Origin: Polyangiaceae bacterium
GTDB lineage: Bacteria > Myxococcota_A > Polyangia > Polyangiales > Polyangiaceae
Length of the DNA stretch: 64,000 nt
Assembly: GCA_044376115.1 (NCBI GenBank)
Contig: JBILLK010000008.1
Coordinates: 96,001 to 160,000, forward strand
Direction of reading: 5' to 3'
Shown here: piece by piece, positions 10,063 through 19,746 of the stretch
Position numbering within the stretch: the first letter of the stretch is position 1
Layout of the letters: every line of letters starts with the position of its first letter
The notes under the pieces: generated by a model
Told to the model about the DNA's origin: nothing
Database searches by the model: none
What the model saw: only the letters and a program-made list of their open reading frames with translations
Program-made: the position numbers and the translations under genes

Positions 10063-10487
10063 TGGTCCCTGCCTCCCGGAGAATACCGATTAACGCCGAG
10101 GCGGCCGCGGCAAACGTGCGCCGTGCGCCTAGCATTGGCGGTCACCGGATCTCATTGCGAACCCTTTGTGACCCGCGAGCGACATTGGGCCTCTCGATAC
10201 CGTATCCACCGCGCGAATGTCGCACCGGCCTAGGAAAACGCGGTCCGCCGTCCCACCCGACGCCGAATTGCGGCAAGAAGGCCGCTCGAATGGAAGGCCG
10301 CGGCGGAGTTACGAACGGGGATGCGACATTCAGGCGCCCGATAAAGTATCGCCCCGCTTAATGTCGCTCCCACCACGCTGGTTGGCTCACGTGGAGAGCG
10401 CGCGTCCATCAGCGTCCTGACTCCGCTGGAAGGCGGGTTGGCATTGTCTTCCGCCGGCCGCAGAACGCCGATACATTCAAATAGGAC

Positions 10488-10898
10488 GTGGTCGCTTTCG
10501 ATGCTGCATGGTTGCACTCCGCCGAGCGCTCGCTCCTCGACACGGGCGAGCTTACGGCCTCGTGGGTTAACGGCTTTCACACGTTCGCATCGTCAATCGC
10601 GGACGCGCCCGCCAATGATCAGATCGGTCGAAGAGCCTTTGCCGGGCTTCATTTCGCCTCGCTCTACCTGCCCATGCGGCTCGACCTCCATCCTTCGCCA
10701 ACACCATCAGCGGCTAGGACGCTCACCGAGGTGCACTCTCGGGCAGAGGAAGTGCTATGGCGCCGGCTGCTAGCGGTTTCAACTGCGCCCGCCAGCGGCT
10801 CTGAAGCAGAGCTGGTTGAACTCCGGCCCATGCGTTCCCAGCAGGTTTCAAAGCCCGTCGTTCCTCGTACTGCTCTCGAGCTACTGCTGCTTAGCTGA
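10488..10898 (+). CDS. Possible hypothetical protein or gene remnant, opposite strand
   Basis: 136-aa ORF in a stretch with no convincing minus-strand gene. Confidence 0.25.
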   Translation: MVAFDAAWLHSAERSLLDTGELTASWVNGFHTFASSIADAPANDQIGRRAFAGLHFASLYLPMRLDLHPSPTPSAARTLTEVHSRAEEVLWRRLLAVSTAPASGSEAELVELRPMRSQQVSKPVVPRTALELLLLS

Positions 10899-11013
10899 CC
10901 GGCCTACCGCTGTGTCTTTGGGTCGTGGCGCACATTGACGATTTCGTAGTCGCCATCTACGACGCTGAGCGACAGGAGTTAGCTAGCCCAGTGCTGTCAG
11001 GAAGCACCGGTAT

Positions 11014-11427
11014 TTAGAACACATGGATCTGCTGCAGAACCAGCACCGCATGACCGATGCGTTGTTGAACGGAGAAGGTTGCCGTCAGATCCGACCAAGC
11101 ACCGTTGAGCGGTAGGTCGTACCAGACTTTGGCGACTTCATCCTGGGTAGCGGCTGTGCGGTCGACGATGCGATGAAACGGCTGGCCCGGGGTATCCGTG
11201 CGGCGCGACACGGCGAAGACTTCACCCGAGGGGTGCGCCTCGGGGAGCCCATAGCCGGCAACCACCGCGCGGATGAGATCCGCCGACCACGCATAGTATG
11301 GATCGTGTGCCGTGCGCTCGAAGGCGGTCTGGTAGTCCCCTGCAGCGAGGTCATCGATCCAAACCTCTACGGCAGCCAGGATCTCCTCGTCGGAGGGAGC
11401 TGCTAAGAGGACAAGCAATTGCGCCAT
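11014..11427 (-). CDS. Hypothetical protein, immunity-protein-like
   Basis: C-terminal YDLPLNG.WSDLTA motif; GGAG RBS. Confidence 0.6.
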   Translation of the reverse strand: MAQLLVLLAAPSDEEILAAVEVWIDDLAAGDYQTAFERTAHDPYYAWSADLIRAVVAGYGLPEAHPSGEVFAVSRRTDTPGQPFHRIVDRTAATQDEVAKVWYDLPLNGAWSDLTATFSVQQRIGHAVLVLQQIHVF

Positions 11428-11450
11428 AGCTTACTCCGATTGAAAATGGC

Positions 11451-11984
11451 TTACGTCATTCCACACGAGAGCATGGCAACCGTCAGGGCCACGGACACTC
11501 GAAAGATCGCGGTGAAGCCAATGCTCTGAGGAGCGTGACGGAAGCCGAAGAGCCGCGCGAGTACCTCTCGAATGACAGCAAAGTGTGTAATCGCGAGGAC
11601 GGTCCCCTCAGGGGGGAGCCCCTGGAGCCAGTGCGTCACTCTATTCATGAATGCGGGACCAGACTCGGTTGAGTCGAGAGGAGCGGCGAGAAGAGCCGCG
11701 AGCACAGCACTGTCGGTGGGGTCTAAGAACGTAGGCGCGCGCGAAGACTCGAGTTCACGGAGAACATCGACCGATGTCCTCGGAACCAGAGGTAGAGCAA
11801 GCGCAGCGGTTTCTTGAGCGCGCCGAAGAGGCGAGCAGAGAACCTCAGCGAAGGATTCAGCCGAGAGCCGAGCGCCGAGCGCCTGTGCTTGGGTGCGGCC
11901 GGAAAACGAGAGGCCGGTGTCCGCAGCGGTGCCGTCGAGATTGCCGATGCTTTCGGCGTGGCGGATGAGCCAGAGATCGAGCAC
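11451..11984 (-). CDS. Histidine phosphatase (phosphoglycerate mutase family), C-terminus possibly clipped
   Basis: LIRHAES, SPLRRAQETA, THFAVIR motifs. Confidence 0.8.
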   Translation of the reverse strand: MLDLWLIRHAESIGNLDGTAADTGLSFSGRTQAQALGARLSAESFAEVLCSPLRRAQETAALALPLVPRTSVDVLRELESSRAPTFLDPTDSAVLAALLAAPLDSTESGPAFMNRVTHWLQGLPPEGTVLAITHFAVIREVLARLFGFRHAPQSIGFTAIFRVSVALTVAMLSCGMT

Positions 11985-12064
11985 GTATCAGACCCAGAGC
12001 TTCCAGCAGCGTCGCTGGGAGCTACTGTCAGGTGTGCCTGCGAGCTGCATTGTAATCTTTCTGC

Positions 12065-12649
12065 TCACGGCTCCAGCTCCCTGCCCTCCCTGAGGATCCG
12101 AGCTCGCGCGTGCATCAGCGCGAAGCCGAGAAGATTGAGCCCACGCCACTCTTGGGGACTCCGCGCATGTGGGTCCTTTTCGGCGAGGCCTACGCCCCAA
12201 ATCGTGTCGGTCGGGCTTGCCTCGACGAGCACGCGCTCGCCTGTCGACAGCAGGAATGCCCGGAGGGTTGGGTTCTGGGAGAACTTCGCGTGGCTACCCG
12301 TCGCTACAATATCGAATCGATGTTGTTTCCAGGGGTCGTCGTCAAACCCGCGAACGTGTCGACCAAGCTCTTTCGCTTCTGCCGGATGGCTGCATGCGCG
12401 AATCTGAGACGCGGTTTGCGGGTCGCCAAAGAGCTCCGCTTTGCTGGCCATCATATAGTGCTCGGCAGTCGGGTAGACCGCACCAGCGACAACAAAGGAC
12501 GCCGGGAACCATTGGCTGAGACACTCTTTGCCGACGTCGGCGCCGGGCGTCCCCGAGTGCCCCCAAAAGAAAACGAACTTGGGTGCCCATCCAGCTTCAA
12601 CGCGGGCAAGCAGGTTGGCGTGGTCGAGTGGCTCAGCGGAGTGAATCAT
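12065..12649 (-). CDS. NADAR (YbiA-like) family protein
   Basis: LSQWF, YPTAEHYMMASKA.LFGD, KFSQN, LVEASP.D.IWG.G, W.G.NLLG.ALM; GTTTGGC (12663-12657) just upstream of the start. Confidence 0.92.
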   Translation of the reverse strand: MIHSAEPLDHANLLARVEAGWAPKFVFFWGHSGTPGADVGKECLSQWFPASFVVAGAVYPTAEHYMMASKAELFGDPQTASQIRACSHPAEAKELGRHVRGFDDDPWKQHRFDIVATGSHAKFSQNPTLRAFLLSTGERVLVEASPTDTIWGVGLAEKDPHARSPQEWRGLNLLGFALMHARARILREGRELEP

Positions 12650-12699
12650 GGTCAGTGCCAAACGATAACCCGTTGGCTAAAGCATAGAAACAAGCACTG

Positions 12700-12935
12700 A
12701 AGCTTCTCGACCATTCGCAGAAGCGGCTCGCTATCACGTCCGGCTCCACGCGACCGCCGCTCTCGAGGAGAGCCTCACACGTGGCCATAACGAGCTGCGT
12801 GTCGTCGGAGACGACGGCGATGCGGGGGAACGTTGGCTCACGTGAGGCGCTCTGACCTTCGTAAGCGCCGCCCCAAGCATCGCCGAGGAGGCCACCCAAC
12901 AAGCACAGTTCAAGCCGACTAGTAGAGGAGTTCAT
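12700..12935 (-). pseudogene. Truncated second ADP-ribosylglycohydrolase (N-terminal fragment)
   Basis: CLLGGLLGDAWG...SDDTQL..AT present; homology stops after ~77 aa. Confidence 0.7.
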
Positions 12936-13016
12936 TGCGACTCGGCCTGGGTCAGCCGCAAGCACGAGAGCAGGGAGCTGCAACGCGGAAGCATTTGGAG
13001 GATTAGCATCACAGGG

Positions 13017-13421
13017 TCACAAATCTGTAAGCGCGATAAGCCCCCCGCACTTCACATGACGAAGCCCCGTCCATACTGCACTATCACCGACACTGAAGCG
13101 CCGCTCGCACCAGGGGCACGTAACCCAGCCAGTTGCTAGCGCAGTAGGCCGAACCTCGGTCGATGTCTCGGCGAAATAGCGGACGACGCGACCGGTGATA
13201 CCGCGCCCCAAGCAAATCTCACATTCCTCCAATCTGGCGCAACCTGCATCTGCGTGACAGCAGGTACCCAACCCATGGCAGGCCGAACAATCTTCAAGAA
13301 TGAGCGGATTATGTTCAGGATCCGCGGCGAAGACAGCGGCCCTTCGCCGCGGATAACGAAGCTCAATCAGTCGCTGGCGTATCTCTTCCTTCTTTGCTGA
13401 GAGGTCGGCAATGAGCGTCAA
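13017..13421 (-). CDS. Cys-rich zinc-finger protein (CxxCxGxG repeats)
   Basis: CSACHGLG, CEICLGRG, CPWC, H.KC motifs. Confidence 0.55.
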   Translation of the reverse strand: MTLIADLSAKKEEIRQRLIELRYPRRRAAVFAADPEHNPLILEDCSACHGLGTCCHADAGCARLEECEICLGRGITGRVVRYFAETSTEVRPTALATGWVTCPWCERRFSVGDSAVWTGLRHVKCGGLIALTDL

Positions 13422-13465
13422 CCAATGTATCCGCGTTTCCCGTCCAGGTCAGCAGAGAGCTGAGC

Positions 13466-13885
13466 CTACTGCCAGCCCTTCGAATAGCGTATACCGGCGT
13501 CGACGGCACGCGCTGCCTCCTCCGCCGTAGTTGCAATGACCAGCGTGTCTTGCTGTGACGAGGCGTCCGCTGGTGCGCGGGCTATAACTCGATAGCTTTG
13601 CGCTGAATATGTGTTTGGGTCGATGCGCACGAACCACGGTGACTCCCAATCGTCGCGAGCAAGTAGGACCAGCCCGGTCAGCGAGGGGAGCGGCCAAACA
13701 GGTGGATAGGGCTTACATACCTCGCTAAGAAGCGGGAGCAGCACGAGCATCAGCTGGCAGTCTTCTGGCGAGTCGAGTGCATCGGCTTCGTAATGCTCAC
13801 GAACTTCACGGAGGCGCATGAGCGGCATGAGATCGTCGAGCGTACCTACGAACTCGGGCCAAGCGCGAGTGTTCTCAGGGTTCAC
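13466..13885 (-). CDS. Hypothetical protein
   Basis: 139-aa ORF co-directional with the run. Confidence 0.5.
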   Translation of the reverse strand: MNPENTRAWPEFVGTLDDLMPLMRLREVREHYEADALDSPEDCQLMLVLLPLLSEVCKPYPPVWPLPSLTGLVLLARDDWESPWFVRIDPNTYSAQSYRVIARAPADASSQQDTLVIATTAEEAARAVDAGIRYSKGWQ

Positions 13886-14057
13886 CCGGTGCTTTACGCG
13901 GCGTGCGCTTTGGGATCTGTCGCTTCGAGTGCGGCATGCAGCGAATCAGGCGGTCCTCGAACGCAATCATCGCATCGAAGGACTCGAAGAAGTCCTGCGG
14001 GAACTGGATGACGAGCTGGTAGAGCCTCTGGGTACGCGCTATGGGATGTTCGATTGG

Positions 14058-14579
14058 TCAGACCACAAAGAAGAGTTCGACCGTACCCGTCGGCAGGTCA
14101 GCCAGTGTCTCGACGGCAGTAAGCTGGAAGAATACAAGCATATCGTCTCCAGGGTGCCGAGAGCCGGTTAGGTAGTAGGCGTCCACACGGAACAAGCCTG
14201 GGGAGAGGGGCACGGATTCGTGTTGGTAGTCGCAATCACTCCAGTCCAACTCCGCATAGCCATCGCAGACACCGACGTTGTTCCCCTCCAGCCGAAGACC
14301 AAAACGGGTCTGTGCGATAATCGGTGCGGTGGTGGGCAACGCTTGGTCTGAGAAGAGCAACTCGTAGTAAAGCTGAGGCGAGCCTGTTCCGATGCGAACG
14401 GCGCGCCCTTCCTTGAGCGATCTGTCGTACAGCAGCAGCCGCTCCCCTTCTGACTCGGCCGCAACCAACGCTTGGCGCAAATCATACGAGTAGACAATGA
14501 GGCCAAGTCCACTCGCATAAAGGCGCGCAGCTCCAAGCAACGGTGGGAGTTCAAGCAGCATCAGGGCATCTAGCTTCAA
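14058..14579 (-). CDS. Hypothetical protein, immunity-like beta-rich
   Basis: 173-aa ORF; GTTAGAA core-site-like heptamer just upstream. Confidence 0.5.
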   Translation of the reverse strand: MKLDALMLLELPPLLGAARLYASGLGLIVYSYDLRQALVAAESEGERLLLYDRSLKEGRAVRIGTGSPQLYYELLFSDQALPTTAPIIAQTRFGLRLEGNNVGVCDGYAELDWSDCDYQHESVPLSPGLFRVDAYYLTGSRHPGDDMLVFFQLTAVETLADLPTGTVELFFVV

Positions 14580-14922
14580 TTCTGGGTAACATTCTAACGC
14601 TCACTCAGTCCAGCACCGTCCTTAATTCCAGGGCCTCCGGTTCCAGCGCTAAGCCCACGGCATCAGCATGCTCACGCAGTTGCAGCTCCGTTATGAACCC
14701 TGCGTGACAGAGCGGCGTCGCCGATCCAGAACGCGAGATTGGCCTATGGCCAGCCAACTGGTGAAGGTTGCGTTGCAAACCGCCCAGTATGTTCAGCTAC
14801 GAGTTCAGCGCGCGCAATTGAGTAGGGCTTGTGGTTCGTCATAAAGGCGCATTCCCGCAAACGAGGATACGTACGCACAGCGCATTCTTGACCAGCGCTC
14901 CGTCGGCGGGTAGCACCGCACC

Positions 14923-15369
14923 ATGGAACCATCGGCACAGGAACGCCTACCTGGCTATCGGGGCGTGCTCACCACCATTGGGGTACTCTACCTCTTGATC
15001 TCCGTGATGAACGTGGCCCAAGGCGCCGCCAAGGTGCTTGAGCCCTTCAAGGTCCCAGACGAGGTGCTGAAGTCGGCATACTTTCTGGACTTCTATCATT
15101 GGCACTTTGCTCACGTGGGTAACATCGGCGCTTTGCTCGTGGTGCTAGCGAGGGTGGTGTCCGGCATCCGCGCTCAAGGGGCCATTGTAGTTACCCTGAT
15201 TGCGGTGCAACTCCATTATGCCTACCTCGACTGGCGCACCTCCGTGCTGGGCAACGGACTGTACGCAGACCCGAGGTCTATCGTGCTAGTCGCCACGAAC
15301 CTCGTAATGGTCCTGGCGTTCGCATCGGTGTTGGTCCGGGGGCGTGCGGCACTCAAGCAGCGGAGCTAG
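14923..15369 (+). CDS. Four-TM membrane protein, inverted relative to the array
   Basis: 148-aa ORF with four hydrophobic segments. Confidence 0.6.
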   Translation: MEPSAQERLPGYRGVLTTIGVLYLLISVMNVAQGAAKVLEPFKVPDEVLKSAYFLDFYHWHFAHVGNIGALLVVLARVVSGIRAQGAIVVTLIAVQLHYAYLDWRTSVLGNGLYADPRSIVLVATNLVMVLAFASVLVRGRAALKQRS

Positions 15370-15415
15370 CGAGCCCAGCCGCGCTCGGCGGCGGGCGGAA
15401 GTGTGTCCCCGTTGC

Positions 15416-16033
15416 TCACCCAGGACTGCGCGCCGGGTCGACGATCACGAAGGAGAGATCGTCCTGCAATACGCCGCTTGGTAAGCGCGCCGCGGCGACG
15501 AGTTCTTCCGCTGCAGCGTTGAGGTCACGAATGAACCTCACACGGTGAATCCGGTCGCGCGACGCGTACTTGAGCAGCCCATCGGAGGCGACCAGGAGCC
15601 GGTCGTTGAAGAGTGCCGGTCCAAACCCAGTGGGTTCAGCTATCCCACTACCAAGCAGAGGCTTGCGCTGTTGGTGCCTTGTCAAATCAACGATCGCATC
15701 GGTCGTTAGAGCCCAGGCGCCGGAGTCACCCACGCTCGCACCGAACAGCTTGCCTTCGCGAACGACGAGCAGCACGACGGTGGACTCGCCGCATGATGCG
15801 TCGGAATGGACTAATCCGTCGAGTCGTCTAAGTTCGTCGACGCAGTCGGCCAGGCCGTGAAGCGCTCGGAACTCGAAGCGAACGATGAGCTCGGCCGCTT
15901 GGCGACCCCCGGTCATGCCGCCAGCGCCGTCCGCAAGAACGATGAGTTCGGCACCGTCGAGATGCCGATGCGCCACACGGTCCTCGTCCGCTGAGGCCGG
16001 AACGATCCGGCTGATGATTGTCGAGTAAGGCAT
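15416..16033 (-). CDS. PP2C/PPM-family protein phosphatase
   Basis: EDR, VLADGAGG, SVGDS, ASDGL, QDD motifs. Confidence 0.85.
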   Translation of the reverse strand: MPYSTIISRIVPASADEDRVAHRHLDGAELIVLADGAGGMTGGRQAAELIVRFEFRALHGLADCVDELRRLDGLVHSDASCGESTVVLLVVREGKLFGASVGDSGAWALTTDAIVDLTRHQQRKPLLGSGIAEPTGFGPALFNDRLLVASDGLLKYASRDRIHRVRFIRDLNAAAEELVAAARLPSGVLQDDLSFVIVDPARSPG

Positions 16034-16039
16034 TCGGCT

Positions 16040-16077
16040 ATCCAACATCGACTGTCCGCTGTAACGCTTAGTTGGCC
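16040..16077 (-). other. Internally deleted attC remnant
   Basis: ATCCAAC...GACTGTCCGCTGTAACGCTTAGTTGGCC matches the arm GATTGTCCGCAGCAACGCCATGTTAGGC of intact sites; other arm absent. Confidence 0.65.
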
Positions 16078-16691
16078 CGCAAGATTCCATCGAACTCTTC
16101 CTCGCCGAGATGTTTGGTGCCGTAATCGATCTGTGGATCGCTGCCGGCCTGCTCGACGAAGGACACGCGGACGCTCGCGGAGAGATCCGCATAGACGAGA
16201 ACGCGGTGCCGCTGCTGAATGCCACCAATTGGGTTGAAGGACATCTGCCCAGCCGGCAAGTCTTGGCTGGGAGGCCCGAGCCTAGCAATCGCTTCGTCGA
16301 GTGACTTTATCCCAGCAACGAGGGCTGCGAGGCGTTCGTGCTCGCCGGGAGTGATCGTCGAGTGCACCTGACGGACTTGCGCGAGGCGCACCTGATGCTG
16401 ACTGGCTACGAAGCCGAGAATGCGGGCATCGTGTTTTGATCCGAGCGGGCACCAATCGTCAGCGCGGTAGCGATCGGGCGTCAGTCCACGAATGTATGGA
16501 AGCTCGAGCAGCGCTGGGAAGCCGACTCCGATGTCGAGCCAAGCGCCGAAGTGGGCCTTCGCGATGACCTCGCCAGTTGCAAGCTCCCCCACATGCAGGC
16601 GCGCGACCAGTGCCATCCAGCGTTCCTCGACGTCGCGGTCCCACCGTTGAAGGTACGGCGCGAGTTGCCTCTGCCAGCCTTCGTAGCTCAT
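16068..16691 (-). CDS. S1-domain-containing protein
   Basis: VGELATGEVIAKAHFGAWLDIG...ALL S1-like OB-fold pattern. Confidence 0.55.
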   Translation of the reverse strand: MSYEGWQRQLAPYLQRWDRDVEERWMALVARLHVGELATGEVIAKAHFGAWLDIGVGFPALLELPYIRGLTPDRYRADDWCPLGSKHDARILGFVASQHQVRLAQVRQVHSTITPGEHERLAALVAGIKSLDEAIARLGPPSQDLPAGQMSFNPIGGIQQRHRVLVYADLSASVRVSFVEQAGSDPQIDYGTKHLGEEEFDGILRAN

Positions 16692-16960
16692 TGCTTGCGC
16701 CCGTCCTGCCTACGTACATCCGAGGCGTCATGGTTGAGACTCGCGAGTTCCTCTTCGATTGCAGCTCGAAGCTCAGCAAACCCCAGCGTCACAGGACCAC
16801 CAGACAGGCGCATTCGCGGAGCAGGACAGAAGGAGAGCGCCATCGGGGTAGGCACAAGGTACTGGCGCTCCGCGATAGCGGCCAGAGGCAGCGAGAGAGC
16901 GGCGCCACCATAGCTGCAACTCGTGAGTGAGTAGAGACACCACGGATCTCGATCCATCAC
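16688..16960 (-). CDS. Hypothetical protein or remnant
   Basis: 90-aa ORF whose stop overlaps the next start. Confidence 0.3.
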   Translation of the reverse strand: MMDRDPWCLYSLTSCSYGGAALSLPLAAIAERQYLVPTPMALSFCPAPRMRLSGGPVTLGFAELRAAIEEELASLNHDASDVRRQDGRKQ

Positions 16961-16969
16961 GCACCGGGC

Positions 16970-17389
16970 TCACCATGTAGGAAAGAAGCGCAGTCCTCTA
17001 ACGACGACCTCTAGGCCACTTCCAAGGGCCGGCGTGCATGCGAGGGAAGAGCTCGCGAAGAGAACGAACTCGGGCCCAGCCTGAAGATAGACGTCGATAA
17101 GCGGATAGCCCTCGGGAGTATCGATAATGTTGTGCACCACGCCGACGACGCGCACATCGCCGGAAGCGAGCGGAAACAGCCCGTGGCTTTCCGGTACATC
17201 TTGGGCGAGCACTCGGCACGAGATTACGTTGGCGAAGTCGAGTTCCACCACGAGGGTCGCGCCCAAAGCTACGAGCAGACGTGAGGGGTCACCAACGACC
17301 ATCGCGAGGATCGCATGACCGCAATGTTCAACCATGGCGGTCACGCCATGTTGCGTCTCTGATTGAATGTTTCGCAAGATGATTGCCAA
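16970..17389 (-). CDS. Hypothetical protein
   Basis: 139-aa ORF with GGAGG RBS. Confidence 0.55.
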   Translation of the reverse strand: MAIILRNIQSETQHGVTAMVEHCGHAILAMVVGDPSRLLVALGATLVVELDFANVISCRVLAQDVPESHGLFPLASGDVRVVGVVHNIIDTPEGYPLIDVYLQAGPEFVLFASSSLACTPALGSGLEVVVRGLRFFPTW

Positions 17390-17716
17390 AGAGCTACCTC
17401 CGGTCCTACCAGGTTATTGGCGCTCGGTGGCGCGATTAAGAGGCCCAGCTGTTGCCCATGCTGTACCAGGCCGTAGTGCATCGAACTCGAGCCGAAGCAT
17501 GCGGGCCGCTCGCATTAGGTCCTCCGGATTCACCTTGAGTCCCGTTGTCCAAGGACCTCGATAGGCACCAAAGTCGCCTCAGAATCTCTTGAAGGTGCTA
17601 GCGGAAGTAGATCGAATCGAAGAAAAGCTGAGCGATCTGCCGAGAGGATCAGCATATCTGGATAGCGTATAGCGGGTCAGCAGCGGTCGGAAGGTCGAGC
17701 CCAGAGGACTCGCAAT

Positions 17717-17852
17717 CTCGCAGCAGCGCTAGCACCAATTCTCCAGGCTAGCCCGGCGACCTTGGAGAAGTGCTTGGTTCACGAAACTTCGTTACTGGGG
17801 GATTCTTCGGGCACTCGATGTCCTCGTCGATTGAGCCAAGACATCGCAGGAA
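17717..17852 (-). pseudogene. Collapsed remnant of a second vapBC module
   Basis: 17717-17778 matches vapC 3' end/flank (25841-25903); 17779-17852 matches vapB 3' part (~26266-26340). Confidence 0.8.
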
Positions 17853-17951
17853 TTGGCGCGTCTCGCTGACGTCACAACCGATAGACAGGCGTCGCTACAT
17901 CAGAAGGGCGGCATTGCATCGTGGATAGCCCGCCCATCGCGCACCCAGTAC

Positions 17952-18410
17952 CTACGTTGGTCGACGCGGTGCTGCGCGACCGGGGAATACGTCGAATGCG
18001 TAGTCGTAATAGCCACGGTCGTCTTGAGTCGTTAACTCGATCCGGACTCCGCGCTCGCGCCGCTCGATGCGCACCACCTTTCGTCGCTGCACCCAAGCGC
18101 GTAGAACGTCATGTATCCACCGCTCCACTTCGGGCCAGCGACGCTCAACGCTGGCGAGGTCGAACCGTCGAAGCCCACGCTCGAGTACATCCTGCAATCG
18201 TCCAAGATCGACGGCCGAAGCAGAAAAACCGTTGGCGAAGTTCGGTCCCGAGACCGGTAGATTGGCCGAGGACTGCAACTGGCTGACCACATGACGCGCC
18301 TGGGCCTGCCGTGGGTCAGCGAGTGCGGCCGGGGGACGCGGGACTCGAGGCAGAGGCGGAAACGCGACTACGTTGCTCGACGACTCTCCATCGACAGGCC
18401 GCTTCACCAT
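17952..18410 (-). CDS. Hypothetical protein
   Basis: 152-aa ORF, C-terminal DDRGYYDYAFDVFP. Confidence 0.55.
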   Translation of the reverse strand: MVKRPVDGESSSNVVAFPPLPRVPRPPAALADPRQAQARHVVSQLQSSANLPVSGPNFANGFSASAVDLGRLQDVLERGLRRFDLASVERRWPEVERWIHDVLRAWVQRRKVVRIERRERGVRIELTTQDDRGYYDYAFDVFPGRAAPRRPT

Positions 18411-18612
18411 AGCCAGAGCTTACCGCAGACCCTAGGCGCGGGTGTTACAGCTGCAACGCATTGTTGAGCAGAAGCGGAAGAACCAGAGCGGTCGATCGGC
18501 GACGGTCAGATCAAGCGCAACAAGGTCGCGTCACAGACTAGTAACGGTTAACTGCTCAATCGGTGCGATCCGAAGATCTGTGTTACGACCTTGCAGAGAT
18601 GGATCTGGACCG

Positions 18613-18987
18613 TCACGGGCAGCACAGCGGATCGCACGCGACCAGCGAGGACCGGAGGAGCACCCCTCTACGATTGAGAGGCTTGATCGGCGTGGCGGGC
18701 TCTCGCGTGCAGAGCAGCACCTCATCTTGCCCTGCCGCCGACTCGAGCAGCACCCGGCGATAAGAGCAGGCGCGGCACGCTTCGGCCGACGGCATCTCAA
18801 TCGGCGCGCCATAGCCGGGGGGAAGTGAAGCCGTCGTGTTGGGAGGGGGCGGTGACCGCTCGAAAGTCGATGCGGAGACCTCTGCTGAAGTCGAAGTAGC
18901 GGGCGCGAGAGCGGCGCCACAGCCCGCTCCGACCAGGAGCACTGCAGTCGCGAGGATCTGGGCAAGGTGCTTCATGCGTGACCTCAA
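18613..18987 (-). CDS. Putative small lipoprotein
   Basis: Signal peptide with VGAGC lipobox-like motif, Cys-rich C-terminus. Confidence 0.45.
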   Translation of the reverse strand: MRSRMKHLAQILATAVLLVGAGCGAALAPATSTSAEVSASTFERSPPPPNTTASLPPGYGAPIEMPSAEACRACSYRRVLLESAAGQDEVLLCTREPATPIKPLNRRGVLLRSSLVACDPLCCP

Positions 18988-19025
18988 TTGAATCGACGAT
19001 ACGCGGGCCAGCCCTGCTCAGAAGC

Positions 19026-19664
19026 TCATTTCTCCAACGTTTGAAAACGCAGCCACTCTGATTCGAGCAGCTGACGCGCTCCATCACTTAAGAAGATCTT
19101 CCGCCCCGATTGCAGGAAGTCGGAGCCATCGGTCGCCTCGAGTCGTTCGTGCCGCTCCGTCTTTCCCTTGCGAGGCACCATTTCTCCGGTAAACGGATTA
19201 CGCATCAGAGGGGCACCTGGTGCGGGTGGGTGCTCAACCACTTGAACGTCAATCGTGCACTGGCCTAGGGGCAGCAGCTGAAATAGCGGTCCTAGAGCTT
19301 CCGCAAGCTGTTCATCGTGAGGACGGCGCAAGATGTAGCCTTCCGGCTCGCCCCCCTCGGGATGCTCGGCTGGCGCCGCAGCGGACCGGTCCCATTGCTC
19401 CCAGGAGAGCGCGACGATACGAGCCTTCTCCACTTCGCGGAAGCTCGCGCCACGCAGACCTGCCTTCTCGATTTGGTCACGCATACTGGCCGTGACGACG
19501 AGGCAGAACCCTGGAACGGTAACGGGCGGGATGAAGGGCGCACATCGCTCTAAGCGAAGACGTCCGTCGGGAGTGGGCCCGAGGTGCGCCGTCATCCCGT
19601 GTGCGAGAATCCTGCCGTAGTCCCCCCAGGGAGCGGCGCTCCTAACTGCGTGGATGCGTTCCAT
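19026..19664 (-). CDS. Hypothetical protein, immunity-like
   Basis: PWGDYG.IL.HGM, LER..PFIPP, GGEPE.YI motifs. Confidence 0.6.
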   Translation of the reverse strand: MERIHAVRSAAPWGDYGRILAHGMTAHLGPTPDGRLRLERCAPFIPPVTVPGFCLVVTASMRDQIEKAGLRGASFREVEKARIVALSWEQWDRSAAAPAEHPEGGEPEGYILRRPHDEQLAEALGPLFQLLPLGQCTIDVQVVEHPPAPGAPLMRNPFTGEMVPRKGKTERHERLEATDGSDFLQSGRKIFLSDGARQLLESEWLRFQTLEK

Positions 19665-19746
19665 AGTGTATTGCGTGTAGCGTCTCAGGTTGTCAGGCCG
19701 GCGTCTCGGCGTTTGCGCCGGATCATGAGTTCCTCGTCCACGTCTC

